In this document: positions 52,946 through 58,277 of the stretch, one piece after another
Layout of the letters: each line of letters begins with the position of its first letter
Position numbering within the stretch: position 1 is the stretch's first letter
Origin: Flavobacteriales bacterium
Lineage (GTDB): Bacteria > Bacteroidota > Bacteroidia > Flavobacteriales_F > PHOS-HE28
NCBI GenBank assembly: GCA_036405935.1
Contig: DASWWQ010000030.1
Span: 1-58,277 of the forward strand
Direction of reading: 5' to 3'
DNA: 58,277 bases
Program-made: the position numbers and the translations under genes
Notes under the pieces: model-generated
Told to the model about the DNA's origin: nothing
The model's input: the letters and a program-made list of their open reading frames with translations, nothing else
The model's database searches: none

Positions 52946-55393
52946 GTGTCCTTTCCCCCGCTCAAGTACTGTCCCTCGCTGACGCACTACGAGCGTTGGC
53001 GCACGCGCGAGGTGCGTATCGGGAACATCGGCATCGGTGGCGCCAACCCCATCCGGGTGCAGAGCATGACCACCACGGACACGATGGACACCGCGGCCAC
53101 CGTGGCGCAGAGCATCCGCATGATCGAGGCGGGTTGCGAGCTGGTGCGCATCACGGCGCCCAGCAAGAAGGACGCGGAGAACCTGGCACCGATCAAGCAG
53201 CAACTGCGTGCCGCCGGTTTCACGGCACCCTTGGTGGCCGACATCCACTTCACGCCCAACGCGGCGGAAGTGGCGGCGCGCATCGTGGAGAAGGTGCGCG
53301 TGAACCCCGGCAACTACGCCGACAAGAAGAAGTTCGATGTGCGCGAGTACACGGACGACCAGTACGAGGCCGAGCTGGAACGCATCCGTGAGCGTTTCAC
53401 GCCGTTGGTGCGCATCTGCAAGGAGCACGGCACGGCCATGCGCATCGGCACCAACCACGGCAGTCTCAGCGACCGCATCCTGAACCGCTACGGCGACACG
53501 CCGCAGGGCATGGTGGAGAGCGCCTTCGAGTTCCTGCGAATCTGCCGCGACGAACAGTACCACGACATCGTGCTGAGCATGAAGGCCAGCAACGTGCAGG
53601 TGATGGTGCAGGCCTATCGCCTGCTGGTGCACCGCATGATGGAGCTGGGCTGGGACTATCCGTTGCACCTCGGTGTCACGGAGGCCGGCGATGGTGAGGA
53701 CGGGCGCGTGAAGAGCGCCGCCGGTATCGGTGCTTTGCTGGAGGACGGCATCGGCGACACGGTGCGTGTATCGCTCACGGAGGAACCCGAAGCCGAGATC
53801 CCGGTGGCCCGTGCGCTGGTGGATCGGTACGGCACCCGCGCCGGGCACGATCCGATCCCTGACCTCACCCCCGGCCCCTCTTCCGGGGAGAGGGGTGCCA
53901 GTGCTCCGGACGACCGGTTCCGCGAAACGACGAACTCGTTCCTGTGGTCGAAGTTGATCGAACGCGCGAAGGCCATGCGCAGCAACCCCACTGGAGCGGA
54001 GCAGCTGATGTGGGAGACGATCCGGGGAAAGACTACCGGCAGCAGGATCCGTCGGCAGCATATCATCGACAAGTACATCGTGGATTTCGTGTCCATGCCG
54101 AAGCAGCTTGTGATCGAGATCGATGGTGACCATCACGATCTGCAGCAGGAAGAAGATGCGGCAAGGACCGAGCACCTCGAAGCGCGAGGGTTCAAGGTGA
54201 TCCGATTCCGCAACGATGAGGTTCTTCGTGATCCGCAAGCCGTGCTCGACAGCATTGTCCATGCATTGGACCAACGTCCCGACTTCGCCAGGGAGGATGA
54301 AGGTCCGGATGGAACACCAACGGATGTGGGTGGAGAGCATTCCTCCCCCTCTCCTCGGGAGAGGGGGCTGGGGTGTGAGGTGCTGGATCCGTTCACGCAC
54401 GCACGTCGCCACACCCGCGAAGTGCTCAACATCGGTGCGCGCCATGTGCCGGTGGTGATAGCCGATCTCAGCGGCAAGGAGCGCATCACGCCCGCCACGC
54501 TCTTCGCTTGGGGTTACCGGTACAGTGTGCCGCTGGACAAGTGGAACATCACCGACCAGGCCTGCGACTACGCCTTCATCGGAAAACACACGATCGACTT
54601 CGGGATCCCCGGCACGCTGGGGATCGTGCAGGAACATGCGACCTGGCTCCGCAACACGGAAAAGGAACGCCACTATCCGCAACTGACGAAGGCGCAATAC
54701 CTCGGTGGTTCGCAGCGGCATGCGAAGCTGAACATCGTGTATGCCTTGTTGAAGGACCTCGACGAGGAGTTCATCGCACGGCTCAAGGACGACCCCACCG
54801 CCGTGCTGCTGATCGATACCTACAATGCGCACGGCATGGCCGAGCAGCGCCGCTTGATGATGGAACTGATGCGCAACGGCTGCGAGGTGCCGGTGATCGT
54901 CGGGCGTGCTTACGGCAACATCACGAACGATGAGCTTGTCCTGCACAGCAGCACCGACATGGGTCCGCTCTTCCTCGATGGCCTGGGGGATGGCATCTTC
55001 ATCGCCGATGAGCAGGGTGGTCGGGAGGACCTGGTGTGCCGCACCGCCTTCGGCATCCTGCAGGCCACACGGACGCGCACCAGCAAGACCGAGTACATCA
55101 GCTGTCCGAGCTGCGGCCGCACGCTCTTCGACCTGCAGGAGACCACGGCCCGTATCCGGGCCCGCACGAGCCACTTGAAAGGGATCAAGATCGGCATCAT
55201 GGGCTGCATCGTGAACGGTCCGGGCGAGATGGCCGATGCCGACTACGGCTACGTGGGCACCGGTCCCGGCGTGATCACCCTCTACAAGGAGAAGGAAGTG
55301 GTGAAACGCAACGTGCCCAGCGCCCAGGCCGTGGACGAGCTGATCGAGCTGATCCGTTCACACGGGGACTGGGTGGAGGCCGTGGAGCCTTGA
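52946..55393 (+). CDS. ispG: 4-hydroxy-3-methylbut-2-en-1-yl diphosphate synthase (flavodoxin), long form, carrying an extra ~172-aa insertion
   Basis: Contains REVRIGNIGIGGANPIRVQSMTTTDT, HLGVTEAGDGEDGRVKSA, and the 4Fe-4S module YISCPSCGRTLFDL...GIMGCIVNGPGEMADADYGYVG. The ORF is uninterrupted for 815 codons, with GTG at 52946. Confidence 0.92.
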   Translation: MSFPPLKYCPSLTHYERWRTREVRIGNIGIGGANPIRVQSMTTTDTMDTAATVAQSIRMIEAGCELVRITAPSKKDAENLAPIKQQLRAAGFTAPLVADIHFTPNAAEVAARIVEKVRVNPGNYADKKKFDVREYTDDQYEAELERIRERFTPLVRICKEHGTAMRIGTNHGSLSDRILNRYGDTPQGMVESAFEFLRICRDEQYHDIVLSMKASNVQVMVQAYRLLVHRMMELGWDYPLHLGVTEAGDGEDGRVKSAAGIGALLEDGIGDTVRVSLTEEPEAEIPVARALVDRYGTRAGHDPIPDLTPGPSSGERGASAPDDRFRETTNSFLWSKLIERAKAMRSNPTGAEQLMWETIRGKTTGSRIRRQHIIDKYIVDFVSMPKQLVIEIDGDHHDLQQEEDAARTEHLEARGFKVIRFRNDEVLRDPQAVLDSIVHALDQRPDFAREDEGPDGTPTDVGGEHSSPSPRERGLGCEVLDPFTHARRHTREVLNIGARHVPVVIADLSGKERITPATLFAWGYRYSVPLDKWNITDQACDYAFIGKHTIDFGIPGTLGIVQEHATWLRNTEKERHYPQLTKAQYLGGSQRHAKLNIVYALLKDLDEEFIARLKDDPTAVLLIDTYNAHGMAEQRRLMMELMRNGCEVPVIVGRAYGNITNDELVLHSSTDMGPLFLDGLGDGIFIADEQGGREDLVCRTAFGILQATRTRTSKTEYISCPSCGRTLFDLQETTARIRARTSHLKGIKIGIMGCIVNGPGEMADADYGYVGTGPGVITLYKEKEVVKRNVPSAQAVDELIELIRSHGDWVEAVEP
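53861..54378 (+). mobile_element. in-frame DUF559 (Vsr-like / PD-(D/E)xK-type endonuclease) cassette bounded by two GC hairpins, nested in ispG
   Basis: IspG residues ~306-478 read ...LWSKLIERAKAMRSNPTGAEQLMWETIRGKTTGSRIRRQHIIDKYIVDFVSMPKQLVIEIDGDHHDLQQEEDAARTEHLEARGFKVIRFRNDEVLRDPQAVLDSIV..., which is the DUF559 pattern. The flanks are CCCCTCT-tccgggg-AGAGGGG (53875-53895) and CCCCCTCT-cctcggg-AGAGGGGG (54345-54367). The boundaries are approximate. Confidence 0.55.
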
Positions 55394-55397
55394 TCGC

Positions 55398-55892
55398 TCA
55401 CGCATCCACGCGGTTGGGCATCGCGGTCCACCGCTTGGTCAATCGGCCCTGTAGGAAGAAGCCCAGGAAGATCGTTGCAGCCGTGGCCGCACCCACCGAC
55501 CATGCGAACGTGGCGCCCAAAGGCAGTCGCACCATCAGCTCCGAGAAGAAGGCGGCGTAGAGACCGATCACCGACCAGTACATGTACGTGAGGTGCTGCA
55601 CCAGCCAGTCCTTGCGGCGGGGTTTGCGCAGTACGGCACGCATTCCGGCGAGCAACGTGGCGAGGCTGACCAATGCCGCCACGTGAAAGGGTCCGAAGAA
55701 GCCCATCAACCGATGAAGACCGAAGGCCGTACCGTTCAGCACGAGCATGCAGGACACGTAGGCGTATCCCAGACGGATGTGGAACCGATCACCCTTGCGC
55801 CGCAGCAGCACCCACACCCCGAGCACCATGGCCAACAGGGCCGAGGTGAGATGGGTCCAGCCGACCCAGGTATAGGTGTGCAGTTCGTTCAT
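55398..55892 (-). CDS. hypothetical integral membrane protein (5 TM; possibly DUF2306-like)
   Basis: 164 aa. HLTSALLAMVLGVWVLL, YAYVSCMLVLNGTAFGL, FGPFHVAALVSLATLLAG, YMYWSVIGLYAAFFSEL and VGAATAATIFLGFFL. The family call is tentative. Confidence 0.55.
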   Translation of the reverse strand: MNELHTYTWVGWTHLTSALLAMVLGVWVLLRRKGDRFHIRLGYAYVSCMLVLNGTAFGLHRLMGFFGPFHVAALVSLATLLAGMRAVLRKPRRKDWLVQHLTYMYWSVIGLYAAFFSELMVRLPLGATFAWSVGAATAATIFLGFFLQGRLTKRWTAMPNRVDA

Positions 55893-55896
55893 GGCG

Positions 55897-56307
55897 TCAG
55901 TAGCGTTTCACGTTGATCACCTGCACCCCTTCGAAGGGCACATCGAACAGCATGTCCTTCACCTTGGGAGCCGACATGAAACCGGTGGCGTCCCGGGAGG
56001 CACCCACACCTTCCTTCGGAATGCCGAACATGCCGAGGTCGAGCTTGCGGTTGGCGTTCTCGTCCTGGAAAAAGCGCACGGCGTATCGGCCCGCGGGCAC
56101 GGGATCGAGGGTGAACTGCACCAATTGATCGGTCACGGGCACAAGCCGTTCATGCACCACACGTTCATCCGGATCCAGGAGCTGCACGAACAGCACACTG
56201 CCGGCCGTGGCACCCCGGACGAGCACGGGAACCGGATGATGGGACTGCGCACAAAGCAGCATGGGGAGCGCCAGTGTGCTCAGGAACAAGGCAATGCGTG
56301 GTATCAT
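55897..56307 (-). CDS. DUF2141 domain-containing secreted protein
   Basis: Signal peptide MIPRIALFLSTLALPMLLCAQ. GRYAVRFFQDENANRKLDLGMFGIPKEGVGASRD is the DUF2141 pattern. ATGA overlap with the upstream regulator. Confidence 0.75.
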   Translation of the reverse strand: MIPRIALFLSTLALPMLLCAQSHHPVPVLVRGATAGSVLFVQLLDPDERVVHERLVPVTDQLVQFTLDPVPAGRYAVRFFQDENANRKLDLGMFGIPKEGVGASRDATGFMSAPKVKDMLFDVPFEGVQVINVKRY

Positions 56308-56588
56308 CCCAGGTATTGTTTGATGGCGGCCACGTATTCCTCGAAGGCTTTCAGTCCTTTCGGTGCGAGGCTGCACATGGTATTGGGGTAGTTGTCCTTG
56401 AACGTCTTCTTCACCTCCACATATCCGGCCTCCTTGAGCTTGGTGATCTGCACGCTGAGGTTGCCACGCGTGGCACCGGTGTGTTCGAGCAGGAAGTTGA
56501 AATCCCCCTCGTCCACGCCCACCAGCAGGCTCACGATGGCGAGGCGCAGCTGATTGTGGAGCACCGGGTCAAGCGGTGCGAACCCCAT
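56304..56588 (-). CDS. winged-helix transcriptional regulator
   Basis: 94 aa. LDPVLHNQLRLAIVSLLVGVDEGDFNFLLEHTGATRGNLSVQITKLKEAGYVEVKK.... Confidence 0.8.
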   Translation of the reverse strand: MGFAPLDPVLHNQLRLAIVSLLVGVDEGDFNFLLEHTGATRGNLSVQITKLKEAGYVEVKKTFKDNYPNTMCSLAPKGLKAFEEYVAAIKQYLG

Positions 56589-57156
56589 CCTCCTGCCGTT
56601 TCAGCATCAACCCCGGGATGATGTAGCCCAGCAGCATCCCGCTGCAATAGACCAAGGTGCTCAGCAAGGGATCCTTCGCCCACCACAGCACCAAGGCGCA
56701 GAGCCAGAACACCAGTCCGCCGAGCACCAACGGCCGGAACCGCAGGACCTGCCCCGTGATGAAGGTGGCGAATCCGGTCAACAGGAGGATCATGGGGCCG
56801 GGATCCACACCCTTGGAGGCCAGGATGAGGATGGTGGTGAGCAGCACCACCACGAAAGCCGACCAGACCCAGCCGATGACAGCATCCATGGGCGTGGATG
56901 CTCCCATGCGCTTCCCTTGCCGCGCGCCATGCACCCAACTGACGATACCGCCGATCATGCCGGCCACACCCCAAGGCGCGCCTTGCCCCCAACCATCGGT
57001 GCGGCCGCGCAGCAGGTACACGGCGATCATCGCCGCGATCAGCAGCCCGCCCCAAAGCAGGAAGTAGAAGCTGAGGCGCGAGAAGTTCCTCTTGGCCTGG
57101 GCGATCATGCCTTCGATCAGCCGCAGGCTCTCTTGAGCGGAAAGATCCTGTTCCAT
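56569..57156 (-). CDS. hypothetical membrane protein co-transcribed with the winged-helix regulator
   Basis: MEQDLSAQESLRLIEGMIAQAKRNF, then about 5 TM helices. Start at ATG 57156; a GTG lies at 57168. Overlaps the regulator start by 20 nt. Confidence 0.6.
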   Translation of the reverse strand: MEQDLSAQESLRLIEGMIAQAKRNFSRLSFYFLLWGGLLIAAMIAVYLLRGRTDGWGQGAPWGVAGMIGGIVSWVHGARQGKRMGASTPMDAVIGWVWSAFVVVLLTTILILASKGVDPGPMILLLTGFATFITGQVLRFRPLVLGGLVFWLCALVLWWAKDPLLSTLVYCSGMLLGYIIPGLMLKRQEDGVRTA

Positions 57157-57193
57157 GGATGGGACCACCGCACATTGATGTCCGATGGCGGGA

Positions 57194-57225
57194 CAAACAT
57201 AGAATAGACTTGTTTACAGAACAAA
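57194..57225 (-). promoter_or_regulatory. Bacteroidota-type promoter: -33 TTTG, 20-nt spacer, -7 TATGTTTG
   Basis: The minus strand reads agTTTGttctgtaaacaagtctattcTATGTTTGtcccgcc. The -7 box lies 37 nt upstream of ATG 57156, in the only AT-rich patch of this intergenic region. Confidence 0.45.
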
Positions 57226-57235
57226 CTAAATGATC

Positions 57236-57260
57236 CAATAAGAGAGCGGCTTACCCGCTC
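57236..57260 (-). terminator. candidate intrinsic terminator after the M23 peptidase gene
   Basis: The minus strand reads GAGCGG-gtaag-CCGCUC followed by UCUUAUUGG. The stem is short (6 bp), so support is moderate. Confidence 0.4.
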
Positions 57261-57298
57261 CTCCCTCGACACTGGTCACATGAACGTGGGGCCCTGCC

Positions 57299-58277
57299 TC
57301 AGAACACGGCCGTGCTGACGCGTTTGGCCTCCTTCTCGGCATCGTCCAAACGCATCAACAGGTCGGAGCGTAGCGCCTCGAAGGCCGGACGGTCCGCCGC
57401 TGCAATGGGCTCCGCGCTGGGGAACTCCTCCCGACGATGGTCCACCTGCTCCCCGTTCTTCCAGAAGCGGAAGCACACATGGGGGCCGGTGGCCAGACCC
57501 GTGCTGCCCACTTCGCCGATCACCTGGCCCTGTTGCACCAACTGGCCGGTACGCACGAGGGTCTTGCGCATATGCAGGTACTGGGTGGTGTACACACCGT
57601 TGTGCCGCACCTTCACGAAGTTGCCGTTCGCTGCGCTGTAGCCCGACTTCTCCACCACTCCATCGCCCACGGACAGGATCGGTGTGCCGTAGGGAGCCGC
57701 GTAGTCCGTGCCCAAGTGGGCCTTGTAGCGCTTCTGCACCGGGTGGAAACGGCGCATGGTGAAGCCCGAGGAGACCCGGCTGTACTTGAGCGGTGCCTTC
57801 AGGAACGCCTTGCGGAGGCTGTTGCCGTCGGTGTCGAAATAGGCGGTGGAGGTGCTGTCGCGTCCGAAGAGGAAAGCCTCCTTGGTCACCGCCCCTTCGT
57901 AGCGTACGGCCAGGATGTCCGGAGAGCCGTAGGGCTCGCCGTCCACGGTGCGTTCGCGATAGACCACGGTGAAGCGGTCGTTCTTCCGGATGCGGTAGAA
58001 ATCGAGGGTCCAGGCGAACACCTCGCTGAGCTTCATGGTGAGCGAGGGATCCACACCCGCCTTCTGCAGGTCGTTCCAAAGCGCACCGGTCACGGCCACG
58101 CTCACGCTCTTCTCCTCGGTATGTACGGGCCGCTGCCCCACTTCCACCGAGAGGGGTGCGCGCAGGTTGAAGATCACATGGTCCACCGCATCGGCCTCGT
58201 ACACGAAGTAGCTGGGCACGCGGGCCTGGTCATCGGTGAAGATCAACGCATACGGGTGACCGGCGCGCAGGCGACGG
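57299..58277 (-). CDS. M23 family metallopeptidase (5' end beyond the window)
   Basis: HLGTDYAAPYGTPILSVGDGVV...GNFVKVRHNGVYTTQYLHM...GEVGSTGLATGPHVCF is the LytM/M23 pattern. The track start at 58246 is a TTG, and the frame remains open upstream (..RRLRAGHPYA) to the window edge. Confidence 0.85.
   Translation of the reverse strand, partial: RRLRAGHPYALIFTDDQARVPSYFVYEADAVDHVIFNLRAPLSVEVGQRPVHTEEKSVSVAVTGALWNDLQKAGVDPSLTMKLSEVFAWTLDFYRIRKNDRFTVVYRERTVDGEPYGSPDILAVRYEGAVTKEAFLFGRDSTSTAYFDTDGNSLRKAFLKAPLKYSRVSSGFTMRRFHPVQKRYKAHLGTDYAAPYGTPILSVGDGVVEKSGYSAANGNFVKVRHNGVYTTQYLHMRKTLVRTGQLVQQGQVIGEVGSTGLATGPHVCFRFWKNGEQVDHRREEFPSAEPIAAADRPAFEALRSDLLMRLDDAEKEAKRVSTAVF

Noticed and set aside
53861-54378. 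The ispG insert as an intein
   Set aside because: The junction residues do not fit. The insert does not begin with Cys/Ser and does not end with His-Asn followed by Cys/Ser/Thr. No Hint-domain blocks are visible, and the inserted domain is DUF559/Vsr-like rather than LAGLIDADG or HNH within a splicing scaffold.
52133-55174. 1013-aa minus-strand ORF opposite ispG
   Set aside because: Same high-GC shadow effect; ispG on the plus strand is unambiguous. Other long shadows dismissed on the same grounds are 11441-13594 (+), 7718-9469 (+), 3778-5307 (-), 14275-15921 (+), 35797-38373 (+), 39681-40976 (-), 26843-28417 (+) and 45571-46638 (-).
1-58277. Scan for tRNA, rRNA, CRISPR arrays, transposases, integrases and known defence-system genes
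   Set aside because: None found by eye. The intergenic gaps are short (the largest are about 340, 259, 247 and 189 nt) and are accounted for by the riboswitch and repeat elements. No spaced direct-repeat arrays or tRNA-like T-arm motifs were seen. A proper tRNA/covariance-model scan would be needed to be certain.

Overview
Dense, high-GC chromosomal segment; hand counts on several 60-nt lines give roughly 60-65% G+C. It looks like a Bacteroidota genome. Supporting signs are a T9SS-type C-terminal sorting domain, a choice-of-anchor L surface protein, a split MetH, a long-form IspG, TAnnTTTG-type -7 boxes, and many ATGA/GTGA stop-start overlaps. I call about 50 protein genes, almost all housekeeping or envelope functions. 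They include an M20 dipeptidase, a DUF255 thioredoxin-domain protein, tsaB, TolC and OmpA proteins, and a SAM-I-riboswitch-controlled split metH operon. There are also three SAM methyltransferases around an S9 peptidase, and a cytochrome-oxidase assembly operon (cyoE, coxIII x2, coxIV, SCO, DUF420). A polysaccharide locus carries gmd, fcl, a WecA-like transferase and two Wzi/RemB-like outer-membrane paralogues. The remainder includes cysQ, two amidohydrolases, hflX, an AsmA-like protein, a histidine kinase, hemW, ispG and an M23 peptidase. I saw no rRNA, tRNA, CRISPR array, transposase or integrase. Many very long ORFs in the track are antisense shadows of real genes, which is typical of high GC. 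The most unusual feature is an apparently intact DUF559 (Vsr-like endonuclease) cassette. It is bounded by two near-identical GC hairpins and sits in frame inside the essential gene ispG. Other points worth a second look follow. A roughly 50% GC membrane-protein ORF plus a repeat cluster is wedged between the two halves of split metH. A MITE-like inverted-repeat family (TTCACCACAGAGGCACAGAG ends) has three copies or remnants. A small CxxC membrane protein is hidden at the end of the cox operon. A heme-c / PHM-DBH-like copper monooxygenase is coupled to a CxxS redoxin. Gmd carries a histone-like basic N-terminal extension. A secreted protein is built from 66-nt tandem repeats. All family assignments come from reading the translations by eye; no database search was run.
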